Assembly: GCA_951406725.2 (NCBI GenBank)
Contig: OX597820.1
Location: 69,440,001 to 69,504,000, forward strand
Source: Octopus vulgaris
Lineage: Eukaryota
Direction of reading: 5' to 3'
Length of the DNA stretch: 64,000 nucleotides
Made by a program: the position numbers and the translations under genes. Under the pieces are notes generated by a model. It did no database searches. It was not told the origin of the DNA and worked only from the letters and a program-made list of their open reading frames with translations. Of the stretch, positions 27,545-41,830 are shown one piece after another (within the stretch, counting starts at the first letter, position 1; the number at the start of each line of letters is the position of its first letter).

Positions 27545-29949
27545 AAAGATATATATATGTGTATATATATATATATATGTATATATATGTATATATATAT
27601 ATATCATGTGTGTGTGTTTGTGTCAAGCTGTTGAATCTGTGTTGTAAAATTTTGCAGTTTGAAAATATATCTGCTGTAATGTAGTGTCTATTCGAATTGT
27701 TACTACTCCACGTATTAGCTTGCTGAACTGTTGTTTCTCTATTCAGTTTATGACCTGATAGATATAAAGAATATCCTACTTCGTATGAATGATATTTTCT
27801 CGACAGCATGAATATCATTATTTATCAGATTCATAAAATATGTAATAGAGATTCAGTTTTATATTGCCGTTGTTGTTTAGCGTGGTGTAACCTTGACTGA
27901 GCAGGTATATGTGAGTAAAAATGTTTCATATTCGATCATCCCGGGAATTCTCTCGCTATTTCTAGCTATGTAACGTAGGAGTGATTTTTAGATTTAGTTA
28001 TGAGTACATAAATATATATATATATATATATACCTATCTATGTATATGTACGTGTACATGTGTGCGCGTGTAGATTGATGAATGGATGTGGTATTTGTTT
28101 TTCTTACAAATACAACTCCACGTGCTCTGGCCTATAATGAAACATTTGATTTATTTCCATGGAAATTCAAAAGACAAATATGCCACCCCATTTGTAAGAA
28201 CACACAAGCATATTTAAGATATCATCTGAAAATATTTTTGTAATAGGGAGACCTATTTTATGACCAAGATCTGGAAAAGGTATTCTTATATCAGTGAACT
28301 ATCTATAATGCTTACAATAGAGTAAAGATATCTTAGTAAAGATATCCACTACCTAACTGTCAGTTGAATGTATTAAGTCAAGTGGTGGATTAAAATCCTT
28401 ATCTAGTTGCTACTTCTGAGACGTCACTGGTCTGAGGCGTTACAAATTCAATCCGCTTTGGGGAAATATTAGGAACAGCTATATAAACAAATGTTCGTAA
28501 TTATGAGATCGATACACGCTAACAATCAGCAAACCAGCGAAGGAATATTTGCTTGGTTCGATAGTATAACTTGGTACTTTTACCAGTCAAATTCCATTCC
28601 AATAAAATCTTAGTTTTTAAAGAAGGGCTATTAAAATATTGAGACATTCAGCTTGCTAAACAAGACATAACTTGATACCTACTAAAGTAACTCCAATCAT
28701 AGCTTTGCTAAATACAAACTCATCTCAGGCTAAACAACAACCAGAATAACAAATATGTTAACAACACAGTTCTTTTCTGTAGAATGCTTACAAAAGCTAT
28801 CTAAGCATAGACGACTTATTCCTAGTACGTGTATTTGATTTCCTTTCCAGACAGTTTTTATTAACCGACGTACATGACATCAACACATTATTTATGAAGC
28901 AATAACATTACTGCAAACATTGTACATTAAATATATAGTGACAATGAAAATGCAATTCGAATAAATTATACACGCCAAAGATAACAATTATCTGTACTCA
29001 TAAGCTGAACACAGGTGTAATATCACGTTGTATGTACAAGTTTAGTTATGTCATTGCTATAGTTTATAATTCTCTTCTTCCAAAACAATGGCATTCTTTA
29101 TTGCGTCCTACTGAAATTAACTTTACTCCTCATGAAAATAGCTATAAATTTATTCATCAAATGAAACTTTGATAAAAAGGATATCTATATATTACGGGTA
29201 TAAACAGCAAATATGTTTCTGGAAATTATTAACCTACACAGTATGAACATAAAAAATCCACTACCATTGGCTATTATGTTCACTGTAAATGAATGGGTTT
29301 CTAAGATCTTGCAAGTAATAAAATATTATACATTCTAAGCATCAATTTCAGACAGGAAAGAGCAACAACTTCATAAATGAGACCCGATTTGCGTTTGCTG
29401 GTAACATAAAGACAGCAAAAACAAAAAGGAAAAAGCCAAAATGGTATACAAAAAATGTAGTTAGCAAAAACAAAAAAATCAATTGATATGAGTATTTCGC
29501 AATCAATAACTCTCTAATCCCTGTAGCCCCCAGATACATTGTATATCAAAACTTACGAGATATACAGATAGAAGGTTACTATATTTTGTTGTACAGGTAA
29601 ATGAGCTGCATAGATATACTAACCGTCCGCATAAGAGAAAATTGTTAAATAAATCTTGAAATACATAATGTAGAGAGTAACAAAAAGAAAATCATTGTGA
29701 CTTCTGTGATTAGTCCATGCAGATGGTGTCCCCAGGAATTTCCATGTCATTGATTGTAGCAATGCAATGTTTAAAAACGTTGCAAGTTAGTTTTCTCCTG
29801 TATCCTTAACAGACTGAATCAAATCTCGCAAACTTGGGAAATAAATATATATTTGCTTTCATTTTTAAATAACAACCACTAAGTTATAAATTAGTCGATA
29901 AAAAGGAAAATATTTCTTATTTCAACACGCGCATGTCTTCCTTTCATCT

Positions 29950-30073
29950 TTCTTACTAACTTCAGTCATGCAGGGGTACTGCCTCGAAGGGTTTAGTTGA
30001 ACTAATCGACCCTAGTAGTTGTGTTTTCAAAACAACTTGGCATTTATTCTATCAGTCTCTTTTGCTGAACCGA
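29950..30073 (-). mobile_element. Group A SINE 3' fragment
   Basis: ttcagtcat...aatcgaccc...tattctatcagtctcttttgctgaaccg. Confidence 0.6.
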
Positions 30074-32045
30074 TGACTTAAGCAATCAATCGTTAGAAAG
30101 AGACGTTGGCGGGAAGAAACCTAACTTGTTATCCTCAAGTTGATTTTCATGTCTACCTTCCACTATGTCTAGCCTCATCTATGTCCATGAACGTCACGTA
30201 ATGACCGATATGGTGCAATTACAAATAAAAGCGGCTGAAATACAGTTAGTCTGACGATTCTTTCAAGTAACGTTATTCGATAGCGTGTATAGCGCAGAGA
30301 TCAAGGTCGTGACGCTACTTTACGTATTGAGAGCTCACAGTTGCAATGCTATCGACATGTGGTTAGAATGTTGCAGGAATAGATCATAAGATAGTTTCAT
30401 TAAGCCAAACCAATAACCAGGACACTTGGGGTAGATCAGGAATGAAACGATGGCTATGTATTTATATAAGTGTCGTTTCACTGTAACTACGTATAACAAC
30501 ATATGGAACATGAATAGTATTCTAGCGCTCCACATCTTACTTGAATGTTGACTCACGTAATTAATATTTATATGTTCAATAATCTTGAGAAACATTACTT
30601 TCGAACGAATAGCAATGTCGCTAAAGTCTTAGAAATACATGTAGATTTAAGTAATTAAGTATAATTAGTGAATTTATACCAATGTAAACATTGACATTGG
30701 ATTGTAATTTGTTAATTAATTACTATTAATGGTAGAAGTACTTGTGATGAAGTTAACTTCACAAAGTTTTTAATGTATATTTGTGTGTGCGTTTGTATGC
30801 ATTTGTGCCAATGTACTCATAAACATACGCATAGAAGTATCTCGTTTAAACAGATAACGAACTAGTGCTGCACACGATTATATGAAATAGAAATAAAAGA
30901 AATATATTATGTCACATCCACTCTTAATTAACACCAGCCATTCATAAAATGACATTATAGGTATGTATATTAGCAGACACCATCTGCATTATTGTTCCAA
31001 CGTTAGACAAAGCTGACATGCTGTAGACATTAGGTAATTTCTCAAAAGAAAAACAAAACCCTTATATGCAGAAACACTTTAGTTACGATGTTTGGCTTAT
31101 ATTTTTGTGTACATGTTCATAGAAATAAGACAAAATGAAAATGTAAACATGCAAGCATTACAAAGGCAATTTTATTCAACAATCATCTATTATATACAAA
31201 TATATCAGTAAGTATATAATTGCATATATTCATACACCTATATATATACACGTACACATAGATGTCCATGTAGATATATCTTGAATGATATCTGAATTCT
31301 TAAAAGATGCACCATTTATGATTCATAATAGCGTTGACACAACATAACTGAGAGATTTGTGGTGCTAGGTACTTGAGAGGTTGTGTAGTTAGTCTGAGGA
31401 ATCATAGATATCAAACAAAATATATTTGTTAATTTTTCCATGAAAATATCAATTGTCGAATCCTTCTTCATAAGTTACTATTAGAAATCAACTTGATGAA
31501 AGAGATGCCAAATCATGCCTAAGATGGCAGGACATGGAGAATAATGTAGTCTTAGATATTGTGCTGATTGGCTCACTGGTTACTTCGACACAGCTGCACA
31601 TTGAACGATTGCCTGAGTGCGGGATCAAAACTGCAGAGTTCTAGGAACAACCTCTGCCCGTCATTGCTACCTCGTTTTATATCACTACAGGACTTATGAA
31701 AAGAGTCTGATGGTGTTGCTGTTGTTGTCTTAATTTTCTGGAGAACTAAACGATGAATGTTATGATAACGGGCATTCTCTTGCCTTTCAGATTTGATTTC
31801 GTCTGGGGCAACAAATGCCACGAAGCTAGTAGTTTATCAGGTTGCAAGATTTCAGTGGAGTTACTTTCTCTTAAATGAGTGTGCTAAGGGATGAAGGGGT
31901 TCATTTGCTCTGAGTTACCTCTTTATAAACGGAGTAAAGAAAACTAGTCATTGTCAGAATACACTTTGATTGTAAGTTTGCTTGATCAGGAATGACCTTG
32001 GACTAAAATATTAATAGAAGATATGCATGCACACACACACACACA

Positions 32046-32093
<48 letters not shown>

Positions 32094-32159
32094 TAGCTTG
32101 GTGTTAAAATAAGGGTATTATTGAATTAATATCTATAATTTTATTCACCCTCATTATTG

Positions 32160-32204
<45 letters not shown>

Positions 32205-32824
32205 GTGTGTGTATTCATATATATGTATGCATGTATGTATGTACGTACATATGTACATATGTATGCCGGGCTACTTGAGCGATTTCTATATGGGGAATTG
32301 TTATTCATGGAGAGAGATATGTTTCTGTAATTTTAATTGACTCGTCATCGCAGTCAACGTTGTAAATAAAAAAAATAGTTATATATGTGTTTGTATGCGC
32401 ATGTGTATGTGCATGTGAGTGTATGTTTTGTGTGTCTTAATTTTTTATTTATTTTTGTTTCATATTTATATTATCAATTTTCAACACTTTATGTTTGTTC
32501 AATTCCGAGCGATACGCTTAAAAAAGAACAAGAATACATAGCCGCCACTTACATGTTTGTCACACACTCGTTCATTATAATTGCTTCTTCACTTTTAATA
32601 TAGCAGTTATCGACAGAGTAACGCGACTCCTTTACTCTACATATGTATGTGTAGTGTATGTAGTCCTTTCTCCACAGCTCACTACATTATCCGACACATC
32701 ACATCACAGCACACCTCACCACCATTACCCGACACCACATCACACATTCACCAGACAACAAAGGCGACACATAATATGCTGACATGAGCATAGACAGAGA
32801 AGAGTATTATTATTAACCACAAAG

Positions 32825-32868
<44 letters not shown>

Positions 32869-32884
32869 TATTATTATTAAAATT

Positions 32885-33082
32885 TCGGTGAGTGGGTAGA
32901 ATCGTTAGCAAACAGCTTAGCGGCATTTCGTCCAATTTTACGGTCTGAGTTCAAATTCCGTTCAGGTCGGGTTTGCTCTACATCATTTTGGGGTCCAAAA
33001 ATCAACACCAGTTGAGCTCTAGAGCCAATGGAATCAACTTAAAAACTCCCCCAGAAATTGCTGGCCTTGTGCCAAATTTGAA
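32885..33082 (+). mobile_element. Group B SINE flanked by (TTA)n on both sides
   Basis: gtagaatcgttagca...ctgagttcaaattccg...aaattgctggccttgtgccaaatttgaa. Confidence 0.8.
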
Positions 33083-33084
33083 GC

Positions 33085-33142
<58 letters not shown>

Positions 33143-33698
33143 GAGTGAGAGAGCAGTGCATGCCATTAAAGTGACACTGGGGTAAAATATACGAAGCCCA
33201 GTACATACATCATTACTACCTGTCTGATAAGGTACACCCGGTATATGCATCACAGCCATATGTGCACGACATAATGATCTCATATTAAGACAAACAGCGC
33301 ATGAACTTGCAGGTGGGGGGCCCAGTTAGAATTTTCTTCTGGTCGAGTAGCCCATCTCGTTCAAAAGGTCCCTGAATGAGGATTGTTTAAGGATGTTGAA
33401 CGAACCACCCATGTTTACAAAGGTGAATTATCCAAACCTCTAAGAATTCATTTCCACACGCGGATATGATGCTCTCCCACTACTTCTGCTCGTGATCAGA
33501 GATGCACATATCGTCAGCCACTAAGGGACATGGTCAACTGGTTATGGTCAAACAACTGACAAGCAAATCTGTGGTATTGAGCAGAATATTTGCTGTAGCC
33601 CACCATTTTCAGCAAGACAAAACAATGTACATGATAACACTTCCAATCAACTAAGATCAGCAGCCATAAGAACCACTGCCTGGTACTGCACCAGGGTA
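33143..33698 (-). mobile_element. Group D ~560-bp non-coding repeat, full-length copy 1, in a (TAA)n tract
   Basis: Collinear with 45014-45529, 53236-53552 and 53947-54255. Strand inferred from which end the truncated copies retain. Confidence 0.8.
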
Positions 33699-33707
33699 TT
33701 TATTATC

Positions 33708-33756
<49 letters not shown>

Positions 33757-33829
33757 TAATAATAATGATAATAATAATAATAATAACAATAATAATAATA
33801 ATAATAATAATAATAGTAATAATGATAAC

Positions 33830-33879
<50 letters not shown>

Positions 33880-34186
33880 TAATAAAAATAACTAGTCGGC
33901 AAGGTTTCAGAATTGTTACCGCCCGTAATATAATGATCATCATTTCCTACGTCTGTACGCTCTGAGCACAAATACTGCCGATGTCGCGTTTGTCTTAGCT
34001 CAGCTGAACGAAATCCGAATTTATGTTTAACAACGGGAGCAACATATAAAAAAAATACAATGCAATTCCAAACTTCATCACGCTCTCTCATTGCGAATTT
34101 TTTTCAATGCAATGCAACAAACGATTAAATTAAATATCAAGTGTTAAGTATTTATAATGTCATTATGTGTCTATATATGTGTGTGT

Positions 34187-34258
<72 letters not shown>

Positions 34259-34631
34259 GTGTCTATGTATGTATGTATGTATGTATGTATGTATGTATGT
34301 ATGTATGTATGTATGTATGTATGTATACGTACCTATGTATGCATTTATAATATTCCCACCATGTCATTTATTATTGACATGTTCAATGGCACATTAATTA
34401 AGGGAAATGAAACGTCTGTATTTTGTCTTTCTCTTTTTTGTAGATTATTTTCTCCTCGTTCTGAACAAATATACAAGCCAATTCACAGTGCTTAGAACAC
34501 TTCTTGCTAAAAATTATGCTAAATTATCAAAATTCATATATTGCACGTTGCTGAGGTGTCGAAATAGTGACTAAATAGAAAAATGCATTTAACATAGATT
34601 TCCCGAACTAATATGCGCTTATATACGCATC

Positions 34632-34667
<36 letters not shown>

Positions 34668-34745
34668 AACATTTTTCATAAAACGAATGGTATACACCTG
34701 GTAGCTTACTGGTAAAGCACGGTCACTTTCACAGAGATCGTTATG

Positions 34746-34877
34746 TATATGGCAAGTGAAAGACAGAAGATAGAATATACGAGAATTTATTATTAATCAC
34801 GACAATCGTTTCGGCACATCTAGTAATTAATAGTAAATGCTCGTATATTCCATCTTCCGTCTTTCATTTGCCATATA
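34746..34877. repeat. ~55-bp-arm inverted repeat, probably Penelope-derived
   Basis: Arms 34746-34800 and 34823-34877 with 6 differences; loop contains acaatcgtttcgg (reverse complement gaaacgattgt). Confidence 0.85.
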
Positions 34878-35408
34878 TATATATATGCTTATATATATAT
34901 ATATGTTTATACTTATACACGTACGCATGCATGTATTTATATATATATATATATACACATATTTATGTATGTGTATAGACACACACACACATACATGCAT
35001 ATATAAATACACAGCAGCGTATTTGGGTGTGTGCGTGTGTCTGCCTGTACATACATTTCTAAGCATGTACATGCAGAGTCATACTTCCATCCACGTTCAC
35101 TCACACATACATACATATAGATACACATATTCAGAAACACACACACACACATACACATACATAAACACATATCCATACACTCACTCAATTACAAAGGCGC
35201 ACACACCACACAAAGTGGCACAAAACCTTATATTTCAGTTGAATGAAACACACTGTACACATAAAAATGGGTTAATGAAATTCCGAGACGTTGGGAATGT
35301 TTGATCAAATGATTTTTATTGCAGTTTAACTTCCTTTTTGTTTAAGTTGTAATTCAATTCTTCTTGCAAATGATCAACTTCTTATCAAGTATTTTTGTTT
35401 GTTTTCAG

Positions 35409-35550
35409 GAGAAGCAATAAGATTGGCTCGGGATTTCGGTTATTTGTGTGAGACAGAATTTCCGGCGAGGCAATGTGCAGAATACACATGCAGGCAGTAT
35501 ACAGATCCAACTGAGCAGCACACACGTAAAAACATGATCCTAGCGACTAA
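35409..35550 (+). CDS. TFAP2: AP-2 coding exon (142 nt), helix-span-helix
   Basis: gttttCAG acceptor, AA|GTGAGT donor; (G)[46 protein letters not shown](K); phases fit. Absent from the ORF track. Confidence 0.97.
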
Positions 35551-35917
35551 GTGAGTTCGTTTTATATTTTTGTCTCTGTATATGTATAAGTGTGTGTGTG
35601 ATTGTGAGTTCTTCGTGAAAACTGTGTATATGCAAATAGGTAGGTATGTAGATACGTGCGTACGAGCTTCTGCATATATTAAAAGTGTATATTAATACTT
35701 GCATACATGTAATTAGTAAGGGATTTCTCCAGACATCTACCGGTTTGTTCACAGTTAGGTATTGAAAATAGGTTATTGAACGGTTACATATATAAAAGCG
35801 AATTAAAGGTAATGCTAATGGTACTTCGCAATAATCTTTATACATACATGCATACATACATATATACATATATAATACATACATACATATATATATATGT
35901 ATATATATACATGTATA

Positions 35918-36065
35918 TACGACGGGATTGTTTCCGTTTCCGTCTACCAAATCCACTGACAAGGCATTGGTCGGCCCAAGGCTATAGTAGAAGACACTTC
36001 CCCAAGGTACCACGCAATGGGATTGAACCCGGAACAATGTGGTTGGTAATTACCTCACAGCCACT
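35918..36065 (-). mobile_element. Group A SINE 5' half
   Basis: Reverse complement of 26547-26706 (taccaaatccact...ggctatagtagaagacactt...gaacccggaac...cacagccact). Confidence 0.88.
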
Positions 36066-36866
36066 GGGGGTTTATTACATAAAACCATTGACTAGCTCCA
36101 CTTGTCTTAAATTCTACTTGGTGGAGAACACTCGCTTTCATCATAAATCTATTTCACGTAATTATGAAGTCACCAAAGACCAGTAATAAGTGGGTGAATA
36201 AGAGCCTTTCGTTGTTTTAGCCTTATACTTGAAGTAATGTAACAGACCTATGATCAAATATAATATTTTGATCTGCCCGTGATTTTAAGAATATCTAGGA
36301 TTGTATTATCCTTTCATGGGGCGTTTTGGTTAGATTTGCATGAGATTCGTTAGACTATATATATGTTGGAGTGAAAATGTACAGAATTCATTGATGCTGT
36401 CGAAGCAATTGAATATATTGCTGTCTACTTGAATCTTGTTGCTCTTTACGGCAAAGTACATCAACGTTAAGAAACACTAACACCAGATAGTGGTGTGTCA
36501 CTGCTTGCTTTCGTAATTAAATCTAAAGCTTTACAGTTGGAATAGATTTCTGAATCATAATTTTCAATGTACAGATGTATGTGGTGGTAGAAAGTATGGA
36601 AAAGGTTTATAAAACAGGGTGTGTTAGGTACATTCTTCATAATGTGGTGATTAGATAATTACAATTAATTCGAGAACGAAAATGTTTGCAAAGAAATAAG
36701 GTGATACTGAACTCCTTGGTTTAAATCAACCACGTGGAATAATCTGTCATATAACAGGTGACATATTCAGCGGATTAACATACACATAGTGTGAGACAAA
36801 TAGAGGCTTTACTTAAACACTGAATACAAACAAGAGAAGAAAATGGCCTGTAGTGAACAATAGGCA

Positions 36867-36911
<45 letters not shown>

Positions 36912-37202
36912 GATGGTAATAATAATAATAATAACAATAACAACAACAACAACAGCAACAACAATAATAATAACAATGAAAATAATGATAAAACAAAATT
37001 AGACATGAATTTAGGGAGACTTCTGATTAATAACGATGAGAATTTTTTGGGCGATTCTATTTGTTTATTTAACAATGACACCTGAAATACTTTAAAGGCA
37101 GATAAATAGTCAATTAAGTATTTGCTATATTAAATTGGATTATATATACACATATGCACATACATATATACCTACACATGTATATACTTATATTTATATA
37201 CA

Positions 37203-37264
<62 letters not shown>

Positions 37265-37800
37265 TACATATATGCGTGCTATGTGATTCTTAATTCTCTA
37301 TAACAACAAATATTAGGGGAAGACATGGATTGATATCTTGAAATATCAACTAATTACGAAATCAAATAATCTAAACCCAGTGCTCTCAGCTTGTATTTCA
37401 CTCATAGAAAACAGATTTATACCCACGCATGTTCACAAACACAGACAGATGCGTACCCGTTTAAAGAGGCTGAGGCTAAAATACGCAGTCTAACAGACAT
37501 ATAAAGATGCAACTTATAACCTGACACATTCACATGGGCATCTGTGTATACATAAACGTACGTGCTCTCTCTCTCACACACACACTCACAGAATGCAAAG
37601 ACAAACCGCTTGCCGTGCTTATCACGTGTGAAGCGCGTTTTGTAATTTCCCTGGAGGAAAATTATGAAAAGAATGTCTTAAATATATCGATTTTTACGCC
37701 ATTCTGAATAAATTGAAAAACTTCTACATGTCTGTATCAACATATGCACATATGCATGCATACATACATACATATATGCATACATATATGTATATATGTA

Positions 37801-37896
<96 letters not shown>

Positions 37897-38262
37897 TGCA
37901 CATAGCAATACTACTGTATGCAGAAAAATACTTAAATACATAGTTTCCTTGAGAACAGTGAAAAAATGTAAATAAACAAAGGAAGACAGAAACCATTCCC
38001 AAAAGAGCAGAAAATTTCACTTTAATGTAGCATGATGCACGTATAATGTTTATTGTTACTTTGTTTTGAAAACACTTTTCAGACGACCTCGCTTTAACGT
38101 TTTACTAATATTGTCTATTATAGGAGCCAATTTATAGCAATATGCTGTTCGTTTCTTTTGCTTTGCATTATTGTAATTTTGTCGACTCTTGCATTTTCTT
38201 CTTCCATTTACACATATATTTTACATATACTTATGTTTCTTTATTTTTTATCTCTCTTACAG

Positions 38263-38566
38263 ACAATTACTTAAAGAATTAGTGGATTTATTAAACCAAG
38301 ACAGATCCCCGTTAGGAAATGCGCGTCCTCAGTTAATTTTGGAACAAGGAATTCAGCGGCACTTGACACATTTCAGCTTGATCACTCACGGTTTTGGTAG
38401 CCCGGCTGTAGCTGCAGCTCTTACAGCTGTCCAGAACTACCTGAATGAAATGTTAAAATATCTAGACAAAAATTACCCCTCGCAAAACTCCCAGGTCTCA
38501 TCTGCTAACCAACTGGACTCAACTGGCAAAGCAAAATCTGAAAAAGATGAAAATCGGAGAGAATGA
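38263..38566 (+). CDS. TFAP2: AP-2 terminal coding exon
   Basis: tctctcttaCAG acceptor; (K)[69 protein letters not shown]...DENRRE*; TGA ends at 38566. Confidence 0.97.
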
Positions 38567-38867
38567 GATTTATTTTGAATGTTTTTTTTTTATATACATA
38601 CATGTATACATTTCTATACATATACATATTTGCATGCCGGTGTTTTGATATGCATGCATTTATAGACATATTTCTACATGAAAATATGTGAATATATATA
38701 TATATATATACACATACATATAACTTTCATATATATATATTATATACATCCATATATATATATCATATATGTATATAATTGTTTAAATGTGTGTATATGT
38801 ATATATGTATAATTATATCTATATGCTTACATATGTATACATGTATGTATGTGTATATATATATGTT

Positions 38868-38912
<45 letters not shown>

Positions 38913-41830
38913 TTGTATACATATGCATATATTTATATAGGCAAATGAAAAACTGTCAAAACACACATATTCTTATACCTGCACATTCGACTGTGCATGT
39001 GTATATTTATATGTGAGTGTATGCATGTATTTATGTATGTATGTACTTATGTATATATGCACAACAGAGTTCTAAAAACTCAAAGGGAACGTCAAATGGT
39101 TAAATCAGAAATCATATCTCATAGGAAAGAAAGGATGAAGAAGGCAGAAAAAGCGGTGACAAATATGGTAAAAAAAAAGAAAGGAAAACAATTTGACAAT
39201 CAAAACCACGAAACAATACACAATACTTTCATACAAAGTGAGGATTTTTTAATTATTTTTTGTTAAAACAGAACAGTGTCCAGTTTAAGGATAGCATTTT
39301 CATTCATTTCTACTAACAGGAAATGATTCACTCTTTAAGCTGATTGCCAAATCGGAAGGTGTCACTAATAAATAATAGAAATTGGACAGTTTAACGCATG
39401 AGAGTGTAGTCTCGCCACCACGGGTCACTGCTCAACCATAATGAAAGAGAAAAAAACTGTTCGTCCTGGGTAAACTGAATTTGTTGGGACTTGTTCCAAG
39501 ATAGAACAGAAAATTCCAGATCGTCACGATAAACAATTGTTCGATGCTAACTTAATTCTTTACTATCAAAGAAACCAAAACAATATTTAAAAACAAGCAA
39601 CTAAAAGCTGAATAATACTGAGAATAAAAAAAAACGAATATCAACATAAAATGTAAACACAAAACGAGGAACAAATCTTTCTGTCCCTACAAGAACAAAA
39701 TAAAAAATTTACAAGAATATCTTGCCAAATCTTACGTGGTTTACCTTCGGTCTTGCTTCCGTGTGTATGACTGTTAAAAACGCTCTGTAAACTGAAAAAA
39801 AAAACGCTTTAAAAAACTTGTGCATTGTCAAACTAAGCATAATAATATTGAAAAAAAGAGAAAAAAATTTATATCTTATGTCATAACAAAACACTCTCAC
39901 GTACACAAACATACAAATACATTTAAATAAACATAAAAATACAACTGTATATTTGGAGTGAATGATGAATCTATGTCATGAATGAAACGCATGTGAGGAT
40001 GTATCCTACCCCCTTCCACTAATATTCCATACAATAATAACATAAACAATTCATCTTCTTGAAGACCATAATACACACAAATTAAAAAAAACAAAAAGAA
40101 GACTTATGGACATTTAGAAAATGTTAATATCTATGAACCACTACAAGGACAATTACATGAAAAAAAAAACAAGAACCTAAGATGAATGAAACTTTATATA
40201 ATTACTCAATGTATTCGAGTACATAAGACTGGAAAAAAGTTTTTAACATTTTGAGAAAAAATATTTAAAATTAAATCACACAAACACAAATAATTTCAAA
40301 CTATTAATTTGTAAAAGACTGGGTGAATGTGACGTCCATTCCTTGATTTGGATTTTTCCTCCCCATCACCACCTTTGAAAAAGAAATTAATTAAGAAAAT
40401 ATTTTAGAATGAAAATATATTAATTAATAATAACGATAATTTTAATAATGGTAATGATAATAATAATAATTATATTAACAACAATAATATTAATGGTGGT
40501 GTTGGTAATGATAATATAAATAATAAAACATTTGGTCGAAAAGTGGCATTCCAGTTTGCTATGTACTTGGGGGGAAAATGCAAAATAATAAAAGAGAAAG
40601 AAAAACCCTGAAAAGCTCCTGATCTGATTTCACTTGAAAAGATTCCGTTTTTTAGGGAGGTAAACATCCTGGGTATGATCTTTGCTGTTTTTGTCGTGCA
40701 ATCTTCTTGCTCAAAATTAAAAAAAAAAGAAAAGATATAATGATAATTGTAATAATAAATTTCTCTGCCGAAAGAAGGAAGGTTTAAGTTTGAGAATGAT
40801 GCTGTAAACTGGCATTATTAAAGTTTGTATAATTTCGTTAAGAGATCAACAGCCTAATGTCTTTATCGATATGTATGGCTTCAAAATAGTTTCAAGTTTC
40901 TTGGTAGTGTGTCATTTTGTATAGACCAATAAGTTTATGGGTCATCCTAGCCAAACTGCATGTGCCATAAAAATGGATATTATATATTTCTCTTTATGCT
41001 ACAAAATAATATCACCATGGAAATTTATTATTATTATTATTATAATTATTACTATTATTATCATTAATATTACCACCATGGTCATTACTTTTTTATAATT
41101 ATCCACAAATCTATTAATGTCACCATCAATTTACCAAATTCCATTTTTCTTCCGTTTATTGACTTACCTATTTGTATTAAACTTACGTTACAATTTCCAT
41201 TGGAGGCTTACTGTTTGATAAACTGCATAGAAAATGTATCAATGATTTCTGTTAGTAAATGTTTCTTTTTTTTATATATTTGACAAATCTTTGCAATATA
41301 AATATACTACGATCTATTTCTTTGTAAATACACATTACCTCTGAGAACTAACTTCTAGTTTCGAACATTCTATTAAGTACGCTAGTTTTTGAAAAGATTG
41401 AAAGCCGACTCACTCAATATAAGTGAAAGAATTGATATTGAAAATATGGTGCGGAGCATTACGTTGCATACAGTCTACAATATGAACTGCACCATATTGG
41501 AATTTTTACCTCAATGTACACTTGCGCAAAAATGTACAAAAACTCTGGAATGAAAGTAGTTCCGTATAAAATGTCATTATTGCAAGATTCCTGCTCTTCT
41601 CTCGTGGCAGTATAAATCTTGTGTAATATACGCTATTCATTCAGGTATCTACTCTTATTAACCTTTCAGTTTGCGGGAATTCTAACACATAACCCAGATA
41701 TACTTTTAAAACGTGCTCTTTACTTGATGCACGTAACTATTACTATCAAACCACTTTATACACGACAGCAGTTGCAATGAAAATGCACATTCTCTGTTCA
41801 CGTGTGCAAAATGTTCAGTATAAATAAATC
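38567..41830 (+). other. Putative long 3'UTR of AP-2 (end uncertain)
   Basis: Follows the stop codon; after a short (TA)n stretch no SINE/LINE is recognisable until ~42900. Several AATAAA (e.g. ~39367, ~40522, ~40754, ~41823) and TGTAAATA at 41323-41330. Confidence 0.5.
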
